A stretch of 64,000 bases of DNA from an uncultured bacterium. GTDB taxonomy: Bacteria; Babelota; Babeliae; Babelales; Vermiphilaceae. The DNA lies in the NCBI GenBank assembly GCA_963727255.1, contig CAVSFC010000002.1, positions 448,001 through 512,000 of the forward strand, given 5' to 3'. Shown one piece after another: positions 1 through 12,648 of this stretch. The notes beneath the pieces were generated by a model. The model saw only the letters and a list, made by a program, of their open reading frames with translations, did not search any database and had not been told where the DNA came from. Position numbers and translations under genes: made by a program. Each line of letters begins with the position of its first letter. Position 1 is the stretch's first letter.

Positions 1-579
1 GCAGGCATGCGTATCAATCATAAGATCATATGTTACTCCAGTATGAACATGGCACGCCTGCCATTGGGCGGCTCCGACGCGGCGATCGCCCCGGGCTTTT
101 TCACGTGCCGCAAGAATATCTTTAGGCGCAGTCAGGCCTACCCATAATACCTTACAATCGCATAGTGCATCTTTCCATTGGTTAACCGCTACTTCTCCCA
201 AAGAAACATCTTCTATGATAATAAAATGCCCTTGGGCTGCCAGCGTTGCAACTGTAAGCATAAATGCTTCACGGATTTTCTGCCCAAACTCACCGATGTG
301 AAATGAATACTGTGTTTGGCCAAAATCATCAAGTATCGGTATACAAGAAAATCCTGGCGCAGGCTGATCGTTTGTCCAATCATTGTATGAGCTGGGTATC
401 ATACTTATAAAATGATCAAGGGTAATGATTAAATGGGGTTGGGCAAGATTTTTTTGTAAAGCGTGCGAAAGCGTTGACTTGCCCGAACTTGTGGATCCAT
501 TCAAATAAATAATCTGATATTCTTGCGACTGGGCATGATAGCTGAAGGCAACCAAAAATAGTAAGAAATTAAAGTGCAT
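1..579 (-). CDS. Chloramphenicol phosphotransferase-like P-loop kinase (runs off window start)
   Basis: Manual translation MHFNFLLFLVAFSYHAQSQEYQIIYLNGSTSSGKSTLSHALQ...AREKARGDR...YDLMIDT; Walker A; AGGAG RBS upstream. Confidence 0.75.
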   Translation of the reverse strand, partial: MHFNFLLFLVAFSYHAQSQEYQIIYLNGSTSSGKSTLSHALQKNLAQPHLIITLDHFISMIPSSYNDWTNDQPAPGFSCIPILDDFGQTQYSFHIGEFGQKIREAFMLTVATLAAQGHFIIIEDVSLGEVAVNQWKDALCDCKVLWVGLTAPKDILAAREKARGDRRVGAAQWQACHVHTGVTYDLMIDTHAC

Positions 580-1298
580 AAAAACTCCTACCTACAAACT
601 TTCTGAAGTATATCAAAATTAGTGTTGTATTATTTTAAAAGTTTTGCAGTTGTAAGAAAGTACTCTTTCAAAGATGCAAAAGCAAAATACCGTTTGGACA
701 GAGAATTAAAATCTTCACTCGAGGTTGATAACAGCGCATTAAATAATTTTTTACGGTTATCAAAAGCAAGCCGAATCTGCTCGCGCCTGAATGGTCTGCA
801 AGAAATTGCTGAAGACGAATCGCTTGAATACAGAAAATAAGGCGTAATGGTATGCCTTTGATAGCCGAATCATATGATTCATGATCTTTGACTTTTAGAA
901 GGTGTGGCACCAAATCTGTGGAATTGAGTATCTCTTTTTCGCATGAAGACGCCTGATTTTTATAATTCCAAGCGGGAATGAACCTCTTTTCTTTTTCCCG
1001 AAAAAGGTAATGGTTGCATCATAAAAATGTTCATAGTGAATGGCACCAGCATTTCAGAGCGAATTTTCCCGTCACGAAGCTTTCGATTAACGATATTTCT
1101 TGCACAATCTGATCTGTTTTTTCTTGCGGAAATGCTATGTATGCGATGCAAGAAAAAACAAAACAAGACTTTTAAGAGAATTTTTGAGTAATCTCATAAA
1201 AAAACTTTTTTAAAAATGCTCTTGCCAGGATATTTTTTTGGCTAATTTTAACTAACAAAAATGTATAACATAAAATCTAGGTACTTTTGAGGGTTATT

Positions 1299-1780
1299 AT
1301 GAAAAAGATAGTTTTTGTTCTTTTTTTACCCTTATTTGCTTTTGGAATGGAAGATAACCAACTTCTGGAGGCGGTTAAGTCTGGAGAGAATGATTTTAGA
1401 AATATCAAACGTGATTATGCACTGTAATCCCATTGATTATTAAAATGTTCATGGCTGATGGTGATAATAAGCAAACGCCTTCAATATTGCTTGCACATTT
1501 AGCATCAAAAAATCAGCTTTACAAGAGTTGTTGGCTCGATCAACCGCTTATTTCGTATATTGCAGAGATCTCAAAAGATCATAAGGCCGCTGCGACGAAA
1601 TATTCCGTCAATATCAAAATAAGGAGCCTTGGAGGCATGTTAAGGCCTATCTCTTAGAAGAAGCATATCCCGATATTTGTAGACTCAAAATTAAAACAGT
1701 GCTTTTAAAGCATTTAGAAACGTTTCAAAACCATAATCTCTATCATTTTTATAGGATGGGATTATTTTTAAAAAGAATAA
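1299..1780 (+). CDS. Exported hypothetical protein, frameshifted (end approximate)
   Basis: GAGG RBS; MKKIVFVLFLPLFAFGMED signal peptide; probably continues in ORF 1433..1657. Confidence 0.35.
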
Positions 1781-1797
1781 TAAAGGGGGAACCTTGC

Positions 1798-2417
1798 ATG
1801 AATAATCAATTATCGATAAAAAAAGCCATTATATATGCCGTTAATTCCGGTAGTTTCAAATCCTTGGTATTTTGTAAAACTTACCTTTGGATGGCTCCGG
1901 TTTTCTACTTTTTCTAACCATCCCTGCATTGGCATTCGGTCTTCTTGCAGTGAATTATGCTTCTTTGATTGCATTGATAATCGGCTATTTTATCTTGTAT
2001 GTTTTTGGTGTTTTCATATGGTTTCTGCCCGCAAAGCTATTATTGCGATTTTATGATAAAGGGCCCGAGCCATTTCTATTAGGTTTATTTCTTTCACAGT
2101 TTAATTTGAGCATGCTAATCAAACTATTGCTCGCAGCAGCTCTTTTCAATTTACTCGTGGCGGCAGGTACGATTCTATTAATTATTCCTGGCATTTACTT
2201 GGCAGTTAAGTTTATTTTTGTATTTCTTAATATCATAGATATTGATTGTGGTGTGATTGAGGCATTTCGCAAAAGCTATAATGCTACTAAAGATAATTTT
2301 TGGCGATTGTTGGCCCTGCTTATTATCGCAGGGCTACTGCTTAATTTGATTATTACTATACCAGTTTCTGTGCTCATGATGGTACATGCATATCGCCAAT
2401 TAAATCCGGCACGATAA
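1798..2417 (+). CDS. Integral membrane protein (DUF975-like), frameshift near 5' end
   Basis: Multiple TM segments; IIPGIYLAVKF...IEAFRKSYNATKDNFWRLL. Confidence 0.6.
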
Positions 2418-2956
2418 GGCTTTCGACTTAATGTATCTTTTTGCTACAAAGCCCACCATAACGATAGCCAATCCATTAAAGATGAGATGAATGCCCACAA
2501 ATAAGCCAATAATATAGAGTGCTGAATAGGGCCATTGCATTAAAATCAAAATACCGAGTATGAGAGTTAAAATTCCACTAATGAGTACCCATATCCAATG
2601 CTCAAAACGGCGCGTAAGTGCTAAACTATCCGCATTACACCCTGTGCGATAAAAAGAAATGATAATAAAGAGCGTGAGCGATAAAGCGCCTGCGGTTGGT
2701 CTATAAAGAATTAATGCGCCCGCAACCAGGGCAAAAATGCCCAAAAGTAATTGGAGTAAAAATCCACTCCATTTACGAGCATATAATGCATGCCCAAATT
2801 GAATGAATCCGGAGAACACCAAGAGCCACCAAAGAAAACCACCGAAGCAAAGGTGGCAAAAACCACTGAAAAAATTGCCAGTGAGCCTAGTGCAATGAGC
2901 GCAAGCCCGAGCCCCATAAATATGCCCGCATGGTCTCGCAGTCGTTGTGCATTCAT
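2400..2956 (-). CDS. HdeD/DUF308 family membrane protein, frameshifted
   Basis: ORFs 2711..2956 and 2400..2822; GLALIALGSLAI, LISGILTLILGILILMQWPYSALYIIGLFVGIHLIFNG. Confidence 0.75.
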
Positions 2957-3258
2957 AGATACCTCTTATGAAGTAAAAATGTTTTATATGATGAGCAAAT
3001 ATTAGTTAATATGCACGCCTATTGTAAAAAATTAGGCTCTGTTTATCCTCTAAATAAGGACATTACTATTTTAGAGGGGCTATAAAAACGAAAAAATTAT
3101 TAATTTTTATTTTCTTAGGGATAACCCAATTTGGTTTTTGATGATAAGATAATCCAAGAAAAAGAGCGATGAGCCAAAAAAATAAAATCAGATTCGCCAT
3201 TGCGAAACTTCTATTTCGCATTTGTTTAATGAAACAAAAACAGCAGCGGCCACTTTAA

Positions 3259-3955
3259 GTGCGACGAATAGCCCTAATGCGAGTCCCGTCCGTGGAAGAG
3301 GATTTAGCATCGCTAAATCCTGAGGTCAGTCCGAGAAAACCATCGCCTCTCAGCGGAAGTCCCACTCGGTTTCAATTATCAAAATCATTGGGGAAACGGG
3401 AATCGAAAGAAATGCTAGCCCATTTAAAAAATGAGTCCGATAAAATTGAAAACAATAAGGCTAATATCCGTAGACTTAAAGTTCGTATGGATAAAGTCAA
3501 AAACAATGCCTGATAAAGATGCGAAGAAAAAAGAATTGAGTCTGTTGCTCAATGCGGAAGATGCAAATTGGGATCTTGAAATAAGCAAGGAAAACTTGTC
3601 TAAAGAATTTTTTGCATTAAACGCAGATGAAATAGTCGCTGCTTTAAAGAACAACATTATGTTCTTACTGCAAAAAAATGTACAGGAAGCTGCAAATCAA
3701 GCTGTATTATGCAAGAAATTGTATTTAGAAAATTTTCTGTTACTACAAAAACTTTCCGGTCGGCACTATGGTAGTATGATAATTCGCGGTAGTAATCATT
3801 GGGATGTATCTGAAATAATGGATCCTATTTTTCATGAACTGAAGAGACATTATAACCCAACCGTTAATTTTGACAATCTTAATGAAATTTATGTTATCAA
3901 AGAATCAATAAAACCGAATCAATTCATACCGATTATACCAAAATCTAAATCATAA
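3259..3955 (+). CDS. Hypothetical protein, frameshifted, Ser/Pro/Lys-rich N-part (true start probably further upstream)
   Basis: Overlapping ORFs 3259..3513 and 3431..3955. Confidence 0.4.
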
Positions 3956-5812
3956 TTTTCCGTTTAAATTTTTTTTCAATTTCATAAAGCGGCAATGCCC
4001 AGCCGGTAGGTCGTCCATGGGGGCATGTAAATCGGTTTTCTATTTTTTCAAGATCCTTCAAAAGTTGTTGCATTTGAACCATAGTTAAACTATCGCCCGC
4101 TTTCACTGCAGCTTTGCATGCCATTTGCGCATGCAGTTTTTCATGAACTTTTTTATACCAATCGTCTGCATCAATAGTATTGAATTCGATGATCCATCCA
4201 ATGGTTTGGCGAACTATATTCTTCGATATTCACTTCTTTCAAATGTACTGGAATCGCCTGGGCTATTACTTGCTGTGCTCCCATAATTTCAAGTGCAATG
4301 TGAGTGCTGGTAAAAATCTGTAAATGTGCTTCAAGCAATTGCATTTCATCCGGACTTAAGTGATAATTTGAGGGAACAAAAGCCCGATGGTGGCTACTTC
4401 ATCAAATCGGGTTGAAAATAGTTCATATAAAATTCGTTCATGAGCAGCATGCTGATCAACTAAAAAGAGGCTCTCTTCTTGCTCGATAAGAATATATGTT
4501 TTATGGAATTGGCCGATAATTTGATATTCAGTGTTCGGGGTACTTTTTGTTTGTGTTTCACTAATGGGTTGAGGAGATTCAGTTGCAATGCTGTTGAAGA
4601 TCCTTTGCTATCCTCTGGATGAAATGATGAACCCTGCACGACCGCAATAGAAGAGGGGGGACAAATGGAGTTGAGGATTCTTGAATGGTCGCGGCGCTGC
4701 GCAGAAGATACATTAGGACTCGGTGACATTTAAGGATTCATTCGTGGTGAGTGCGAATGAAATTCGTGTGGCGAACCACTCATCTGATTTGCGAAAAACT
4801 AACTTTCTGATTCAATTGTGCAGAAAATGCTTTTCTAAATTTTCTTTCACAGTAATTTGCAATAGTTGTTCAATAATGCGAGGATTCAAAAATTGCACCT
4901 CTTCTTTGCGGGGATGAATATTGATATCCACCAATGCCGGATCAAGCGTAATAGAGATGCATGCAAGGGGAAATTTATCCTGCTGCAGAACATTCATATA
5001 TCCTTTGAGCAAGGCCTTGCTGAGTGCATGATTTTTTATCCAGCGGCGATTAACAAAAGAAAATAGCTGAGCGATCATACCGTGAATAGGTATGATGAGA
5101 AATAATTCCCGGTGATAGTTATGCCATTTTTCTCCGCATGAAGTGGCATGATCTGTTGCGCAATAGTATGATCCCAGAGTTGCGCAATTCGTTGTTGCAA
5201 ATCGCTTGCTGGCGGGCAATTATACTGCAGATTGCCTTGAGTGAATAATTTAAAATGTACCGGTAAATAATCAAGGCAGAATGCTTGAAATAAAAGCGTG
5301 ATTTGCCGCGATTCAGTCTCATGAGTTTTTAAAAATTTTTTGCGCGCCGGAACATTAAAAAAAAGATCTGCAATGCTGATATCAGTTCCCGCATTGCACG
5401 AAACTTGCTCTCGCTCAATCACCGTGCCTTGGTTCAGTACAAGTTTAGTGCCCGTTGAGGCTTCAGATTCTTTTGTAATTAATGTGACATTGCTTACCGC
5501 GCAGATGCTTGAAAGCGCTTCGCCGCGAAAGCCAAAGGTGGTTAGTGTTGGCAGATCATCAACGCGGGTAATTTTGCTGGTCGCATGATGCTTAAAGCAT
5601 GCGTGCGCATCTTCTTCATTCATGCCGCATCCATTATCAACGATACGAATTAGCGATTTTCCTGCATCATTAATATAGATTAGCGATATATGTGGCGCCA
5701 GCATCAAGAGCATTTTCAACAAGCTCTTTTACTACGTTTGCGGGTCTTTCAACTACTTCGCCGGCGGCGATTTTTTGTGCTTTTGTGGAGATAATTGTTT
5801 GATGCGTGCCAT
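3945..5812 (-). CDS. mutL: DNA mismatch repair protein MutL (several frameshifts)
   Basis: [91 protein letters not shown]. Confidence 0.95.
4741..4778 (+). repeat. REP-like palindromic repeat (family A) inside mutL linker
   Basis: TTCGTGGTGAGT-GCGAATGAAATTCGT-GTGGCGAACCA resembles copies at 33789 and 59713. Confidence 0.65.
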
Positions 5813-5869
5813 GGTGCTTTAAATGTTAGATTTAGAATTTAAAAAAATATATACCCTCCTATTATGCCA

Positions 5870-6598
5870 TTAAAAAAATAAATAATTAATTTTAAGGCCG
5901 AATTTTTTTTGACTCAGCTGATATTTTTTTAATTGATCAAGCGCAGTGCTCATCTGAGCGGAGGGAAAATATACTTTTGAGCCGCTTTTTCGTGATCTAT
6001 CAAATTTTAAACATTCATCTAATACATTGTTTGCAAACGTTAGCGCATTCTCTTTTCGTTGCTCATGCGCTTTGAAAAATAAATGGGTTGCTTGCAGGTA
6101 GCTGGTTTCAATTTCTTCATACTTACGATCAGTAATTTCTTTAGGGAAATCCTTTAAAGAATCCTTTTGTGTGCGAGCATGAGCTAATATCTTTTCGGCA
6201 TTATCAAGAATTTTTAAATTAAATCGCTGTTCTTCTGTATCCTTCACTTGATTGAGTGCCTCTTGTAAGGAAATGTAATCGACATGAATAGTATAGGCAG
6301 TATCTTCGATAACTTGCCGTACTTGCTCTAAATCAAGAATATTTTTAACAGTCTTTTGAATTTCATAAAATGCTGGGAAGTAATTTTCATTATACGCCGC
6401 TATAAAGAATTTGAGCGCTTGCGTAAAATTGGTTTCTGCATGGATGAATAGTTTATCAGGATCGGGCTGCATTTGATCGGATTGATAATTCTCTTTTTGC
6501 TTGATTATAGAGCAAGTGCCCTTGCCTGCAATTGAGATTCTTAATTTTTGATCCTGATATTTCTTCTTGTACCAGTTGCGGGATAGATAATTCATCAA
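5870..6598 (-). CDS. Hypothetical protein
   Basis: 242 aa ORF, 5' part probably frameshifted. Confidence 0.45.
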   Translation of the reverse strand: MMNYLSRNWYKKKYQDQKLRISIAGKGTCSIIKQKENYQSDQMQPDPDKLFIHAETNFTQALKFFIAAYNENYFPAFYEIQKTVKNILDLEQVRQVIEDTAYTIHVDYISLQEALNQVKDTEEQRFNLKILDNAEKILAHARTQKDSLKDFPKEITDRKYEEIETSYLQATHLFFKAHEQRKENALTFANNVLDECLKFDRSRKSGSKVYFPSAQMSTALDQLKKYQLSQKKFGLKINYLFF

Positions 6599-7105
6599 TT
6601 GCTATTTTTAGTTGAAAGAGTTTTTGTAAAGAGTGTTTTGATGAAAGGGGAGTTTTTATTTCCTGCGGCGGTCGCGGCTTTTTTTTTTGTTTGATATAAA
6701 TTCAAAATTTCTTTCACCTTATCTGCAATTTGCTTTACTTCTGCAGGCATCAGATAGTTTTTGTCAATTTCTTTTTTTTCATGCTCAACTTGCATAAGCA
6801 AGTGCCACATTTTGATTACCGGTATAATCGCTTCTTTATTATTCTTTTCATATTCTTCTAAAACATTTGATTGCTTTAATGTAAGCTGCTTCAAGATTAT
6901 TTGGCTTTACTTTAAGATCATCGGCATCTATAAGATTTTTAGTTAAAAGATAAACAGCATCGAGCTCAAGGGCTACTCTTTCAAAAGATTGGCACTTCTT
7001 AAATGTATTGTTTGAAATTGCAAGACTGGTATTTGGAGGCAGTTCCATACAAAGGATAAAACTATTGAATGCCAGAAGTGCTACAAAAAAATTGGAGCCA
7101 TTCAT
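6595..7105 (-). CDS. Exported hypothetical protein, frameshifted
   Basis: ORFs 6848..7105 (signal ...FILCMEL) and 6595..6894. Confidence 0.5.
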
Positions 7106-8311
7106 GGCTTATCTTCTTCGCTTTTTTTAAATTTCTTTACCAAAGTTTTGAGAGGAGAATCGGTTCTTTTTCGTGGGCTTGCAGATTCTCGCAATGCTTG
7201 CTTCCAAGATAACAGATCTTTCTTTTCTTTATTTTCTGCTGCACCTTCTTTTCTTGGGGTTTGAGTTTCTTGCGATGCTGTTTCATTGTTTTTTTCTTTA
7301 TTTTGGCTTGCATTTTCTTGATTTATATCGGGCACTTGAGGGCGCAATTTTGGGCCTTCCTTATCTCTTTCCTCTCTAATCGTTCGGACTTTTGCCATGG
7401 CTTTTGCAAACCTAGGATTTATAACATATTGAGCCGGATCAAGTTCTGCAAGGCGCGCATTATTGTTGCATATTATTTCTACGGCCTCTTCCATTTTTTC
7501 ATATACTTTTTTACTTTTGGCAATCTCATAATAGATAGTAAAACAAGAGTAAAATCTCAAATGCTTGGCTATTGCTCTTTTGATACTCTTCTTTTAAATT
7601 TTTATTTTCTCGGTTGATATTTCTTGCGATATCAAGCTTTTGAGTAATGATTGTCAATTTTCCATCAATCGATACTACTTTAATCGGGATCTCTTCTAGC
7701 TTCATCCCCGTTGAAGCTCTCCTAATGAGCTTATTCTTTTTTGAAGTTAAGCGAGTATTCTCTTGTTCAATTATTTCTGTTAGAGAGTTTTTGAGATTGT
7801 TAATTTGCTGGATAAGCGGATCATTTTGTTGTCGTAATTTTTCTGCAGCAATAAGTTCAGGTATCGTATCACAAATATATTTAATAGCATTAGCCTGATC
7901 ATTTTTATAAGCTTGGATGAATAATTCTAAGGCTTTTGCATAGTTTGATACGCCTCCATTAAAATTCTCATTCTTTAATTTGTCTTGCGCTACCAAAGCT
8001 GAAAGCGCACCGATTTGGATGATTGCCTGTGACGTTCTTTTTGGAGTATCTAAGGATTTTCTGCGTGAATTTTCTCGAATGAGGCTTGGCGGATTGCTAC
8101 TATCGCTTGAATTATCGTGCGATTTAACATATACCGCTAATTCCTCGTTTAATTTTTGCAGATCATTTAAATATTCGAGCATAGTATCTTGTTTTTGTTT
8201 TTCTAAATAAAGAAATGGGCCAGGCTCATTGACTTCAATCGGTTTTTCCATAGAAAAGGAAAAAGATATGATAGGTATTAAAAGTAGATGGCATACTATT
8301 TTTTCGAGCAT
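7102..8311 (-). CDS. Exported coiled-coil hypothetical protein, frameshifted
   Basis: ORFs 7526..8311 (signal ...SFSFSMEK) and 7102..7560. Confidence 0.55.
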
Positions 8312-8344
8312 AGAATACTTTCCATTAAAAAAAAAGCCAATGCT

Positions 8345-8914
8345 TAACTGGTCTTAACTATGCTGGAGAATCGCGGCATTTTGAAGAATTTATATTTGCT
8401 TATTATTGAGTGTGGCGATAAAGCGATTTTTTTCTTTGCATTCGAATGCGATGATGCTCAGATTTGCATAGGACTTTCTGCGAGAATTTCAGCACACTGC
8501 ATTAATGTCTTGGTTTTTTCACCAGCGATTTTTAGTTCTATAGTTTTTTCATTAAATGAGAGCGATTCAAAGCTTGCATCATTTTTAAGGGCTAATTTAA
8601 TAGTTTTGAGCAATTCAAGTGGATTTTTTTGACTTTTGCAGTGTTGTTGCATATAGTTTGCCTTTTTTCTCAAGTTTTAATCGGAGTGCTTTTTTGGCTT
8701 TGATGATGGTGAGCAATATGATCCAATTTGCGAAGTTCAGAGCTAATCAAATTTTTTTCTGCTTCAAGGCACGAATGGAATACCATTGTTGTAAATATAA
8801 GCTTGCCATGCCGATAATCATCACTAAAAACAGTAAGTTACTCATGAAAAGCCATTGCGAAATTGCTTTATAGCGTTTGGGGGATCCGTTGGTATAAAAA
8901 TTAATCTGTTCCAT
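8345..8914 (-). CDS. PilN/GspL-like bitopic protein, frameshifted (end approximate)
   Basis: MEQINF start, one TM, coiled coil, then LELLKTIKLALKNDASFESLSFNEKTIELKIAG pattern. Confidence 0.4.
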
Positions 8915-9585
8915 TAGTTTCTTTCTTGGTTAAAGAGGCCGATCATTGTTAATAATGATTTTTATGCTCTTGCATATCAAGATTAAGCGCAGGGCTGATC
9001 TTGAGAAGTCGCGCAACACTATCGATGCTGATGCTTTTTTCTAATGCATAGTTATGTGTGATAAGATCGAGCGCTAATTGCGATTTCCTGAATGCATGCC
9101 CAAAAAGCATGCGATAGGCTTGGATTAATGCCATGTAGCTGCTGGTAATATTCATCAAATTGAGTTCTGTTTTTTGAGCTAAAAGCTGCTGGCCAAATAG
9201 AACGGGCCTAAAGGCTCACAAATAAAATAATGATTGCCCATCATCCATCGTATGCAAGTAGCGATAATCCCAGAGCATTTTTTTTAATGCAGGATTTGCT
9301 AATTACATGCATTGAAGGTGATGCGGTTGATAATCGTAATAATTGTTCATGAATAAGTGGTGCTGAAAGAGCAATGTTGAGCAATGCATTATTCAATTTA
9401 TGTGTATGTACAAAATTGTATAATTCGTGTGCAAGAGTATGAAAACTTCCTTCCCAGCCAATAGTTGTATAGGCTTTTAAAGTAAGATTTTTCGATGCAT
9501 GCGCTTATCCATGCAATAGGTTGCGTCTGCATGGCACTACTGATATGCAAATTTGCTCATACTGAATTTTGGGTAATGGCCACAT
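8914..9585 (-). CDS. Hypothetical protein, frameshifted
   Basis: Starts MWPLPKIQYEQICISVV overlapping prmC stop; fragmentary ORFs. Confidence 0.3.
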
Positions 9586-10486
9586 TATCAACTCTCCCGC
9601 TTGCTACACGATCTTTACCTTCAAGATCTTTAGGAATCTCGATTTGGTTATAGCCGTGTTGCTTCATATAATCTGCAACAGCATTGCCTTGGGTACTATC
9701 AATTTCCAATCATTAATTGCGGGATGTTCAGTTTTTTGAGCGCATCATTTTTTTTGATGTATCTTGGTGTTTGATCAATGATTTTTTTTATCAGTGCAAG
9801 TCCATTATCCTGCTGCAATTAATGCATTTTTATCTTCCCATTGTGAAACTGATTTATCAAGAGTTGCCCAATCTTTTGCAGGAATATAAGGCGGATTGCC
9901 AACAATCAAATCAAAGGTAAATTCGTGTGGAATCTGTGCAAAAAGATCAGAACGCAAAAAAGTGGCATTGCTGAATATGATTATGCGCAGCATTTTCTTG
10001 TGCGAGAGCAAGCGCTGCATCGGCAATATCAGTGCCATAGACCTTGTGCTTTGGGCAATGCATGGGCGAGTGCCAACGCGATGCATCCACTTCCGGTGCA
10101 CAGATCTAAAATCCATAGTTGCTGATCACGCAATGGCTTTAATTGCTCAATGAGATTCATGCACCATTCTTCAGTTTCTGGGCGGGGAATAAGGTATTGG
10201 AGGTTTGCATATAATATCAAGATCAGCAAAGGGTGTTGAGCCTAAAAGATACTGCAGCGGCATATCTTTATTGATGAGCTTATCAAGATAATCATCAAGT
10301 TTTTTTTGATCAGCATCAGTCCAATTAATTTCTTGCTCGCTGATGAGCATAATTTCTTTTTTCCCGGTTATTGCTTCAATGAGCCACCAACTATATTGAA
10401 TGCAAAGCGTCTTATCCTTAAACTTCGGGAATAATTTCTTCTCTAGAGTTTGTATCATCTGGAGAATGAGGATTTTCTCTTTTCAT
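9557..10486 (-). CDS. prmC: Release factor glutamine methyltransferase (frameshifted)
   Basis: PLQYLLG, LIPRPETE, ILDLCTGSGCIALAL, FDLIVGNPPYI, KDLEGKDRV. Confidence 0.92.
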
Positions 10487-10489
10487 TAG

Positions 10490-10880
10490 GACCTTTTTTT
10501 GAATTTTCTAGAATGTTTTCTGAGGTTATTTCTTGTATTTTCAGATCATTTTTTCTTTGGTTCGCTTGTTTGATTATCTCATTACTTTTGTCAATTAAAT
10601 GAAGCTTAATTAGATGGGATTTAGAGTTTTTATGTTTTTCAAATTCTTGCGTCGAAGTAAAATTCTTATTGCAGATGGCACAGGTATACCAATGAAGAGG
10701 GATTGTTTGTGGCTCTTGGGGCTGAAATATTGTAAAAAGCTCTTCATCGGGCGTTGTTTTAAGAATCTGTTCAATATGTTCGCAATTTTGGGTTTGGAAC
10801 TATTGTTGGTGGATTTTGCTTAGTTTCCATTGCTCTTGCAGGATACATGAAAAGTATGGTTACTAATAATAACTTCAAAC
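10490..10880 (-). CDS. Small exported hypothetical protein, frameshifted (bounds approximate)
   Basis: LKLLLVTILFMYPARAMETKQ signal-like N-terminus read manually. Confidence 0.3.
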
Positions 10881-10985
10881 TGCTTCCTTCTATAGCTTAC
10901 GATCCTATTTGTATTATTTTTAAACTATTGACATATAAGACTGTTTTCCGTGAAAGTTAATAAAAAAATTATACAAGGAGATGAT

Positions 10986-11150
10986 ATGTTTTTAAAATGG
11001 GCTCTTATATTTTTTGTTTTAGCAATTATTGCAGGTCTTTTTGGTTTTACCGGAATTGCTGCTGAGAGTGCACAAATAGCAAAAATATTATTTGCGATTT
11101 TTTTGATTGGGCTTTTAATTTCTCTTATTCTTGGGTTTGTGGTTGTTTAA
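10986..11150 (+). CDS. DUF1328 (UPF0391) small membrane protein
   Basis: [44 protein letters not shown]. Confidence 0.9.
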   Translation: MFLKWALIFFVLAIIAGLFGFTGIAAESAQIAKILFAIFLIGLLISLILGFVVV

Positions 11151-12037
11151 CCGTTTAAAAGGTTGTGCACATATTCTTGTGCGTTAAAGAGTTTAAACAT
11201 TTCCGGTTGCTCGCCAAAAGAGATATAGGCGATTGGGATTTTTAATTCGTTGGTGATTGCGAAAACAATGCCTCCTTTACCCGTGCCATCCATTTTGGTC
11301 AGAATTACTCCATCAAGTGAAGTAGCTTCATGGAATAATTTTGCTTGATCGAATGAGTTTTGGCCGAGTATTTCATCGATGGTGAGCAAGGTTGTGATTT
11401 TCTGGCCTGAGGCTTGGGCAGTTATTACTCGTTTTATTTTTTCAAGCTCTTTCATGAGATTTATTTTGGTCTGAAGTCGGCCGGCAGTGTCTATTATAAG
11501 AACATCATAGGCATTTTCTTTAAAATGTTGGATCCCTTTAAAAACTAATGAAGCTGGATCTTGATTGGGGGTTCCCGAGATTACCCGGATGCCTAATCGG
11601 TCTCCCCAGGTTTCTAGCTGCTGGGTGGCTGCGGCGCGAAACGTATCGGCTGCAACCAGAAGAACGCGCTTTCCCTCTCCTGCTAATTTGGCAGCAAGTT
11701 TGGCTGCTGCGGTCGTTTTACCGCTTCCATTAATGCCAACTAAGAGTATGATCGAGCCCAATCCCCGGAATGGTTGAGTTTCCAGAAGCTGCAAGAGTTC
11801 TTTGGATAAAAGATCTTTAAGATCTGCACCATCTTTGAGTGTTCCTTTTTGCCAAGCGTCTCTTACTCGTTTAAGAATTTCCCGCGTTGTTGCAATTCCC
11901 GAATCGGCGCTCAATAAAATTGTTTCTAACTGCCGTAAGGTATCTTCATCCATTGGCCGTGCAAATAGGGCCTTGATTGGGGAACTAACGGCAGTATATA
12001 TTTTTGAAAAGGCGTCTTTAATAAACCCGAATACCAT
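11147..12037 (-). CDS. ftsY: SRP receptor FtsY
   Basis: [43 protein letters not shown]. Confidence 0.96.
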   Translation of the reverse strand: MVFGFIKDAFSKIYTAVSSPIKALFARPMDEDTLRQLETILLSADSGIATTREILKRVRDAWQKGTLKDGADLKDLLSKELLQLLETQPFRGLGSIILLVGINGSGKTTAAAKLAAKLAGEGKRVLLVAADTFRAAATQQLETWGDRLGIRVISGTPNQDPASLVFKGIQHFKENAYDVLIIDTAGRLQTKINLMKELEKIKRVITAQASGQKITTLLTIDEILGQNSFDQAKLFHEATSLDGVILTKMDGTGKGGIVFAITNELKIPIAYISFGEQPEMFKLFNAQEYVHNLLNG

Positions 12038-12110
12038 GTATCGTCTCCTGCAGGTGTTTAATGAATGGGCATTCTTTTAGTATACGGGCTAGATAGTAAA
12101 TGAAAAGTTG

Positions 12111-12611
12111 TTATTGCAGATTAAGAGTCATTTTTGGCGAGAGTCCATTCTCTCTTGCTTTAACAGTGGTTTTCGCAAGAAAAGAGTTATCTATTTTCCC
12201 AAGCATGCGCTTATAAACATCTAGCAATTCTTCAGTACTCAGTGGATAAGGTCCCCAGGGGATGACCGCCCATGATAACTTTCTGGCTTTTTGCTCTTGA
12301 ATATCATGTATGCAGCGCTGTAAAAGATTATGCCCGATACCATTATTTCTATATTCCGAATAGACTATAGTTCTAATAATTCTCCAGCAAGTAGGATCCG
12401 AGTCTTTTGGTTCGTATTCTATATAGCCTACATAACTATCTGACGGTAGTTCCGCCCTGATATGTTTGTAATAGCCTTTTTCAGTCTTGATGACAGAAGA
12501 TATAAAGGTAACATCTTTGAGTATGTCTTTTTTTGGCTGCATGCCCCAGCATGTATTTATGCTCGCAAGTGCCAGTGCATATAACACGATTTGAAATGGT
12601 AATGATCGCAT
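12111..12611 (-). CDS. Exported GNAT acetyltransferase-like protein
   Basis: Signal peptide; VYSEYRNNGIGHNLL acetyl-CoA motif A. Confidence 0.65.
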   Translation of the reverse strand: MRSLPFQIVLYALALASINTCWGMQPKKDILKDVTFISSVIKTEKGYYKHIRAELPSDSYVGYIEYEPKDSDPTCWRIIRTIVYSEYRNNGIGHNLLQRCIHDIQEQKARKLSWAVIPWGPYPLSTEELLDVYKRMLGKIDNSFLAKTTVKARENGLSPKMTLNLQ

Positions 12612-12648
12612 ATTAACCTCATTTTTGAAAATTAACCTGATTTATTAA

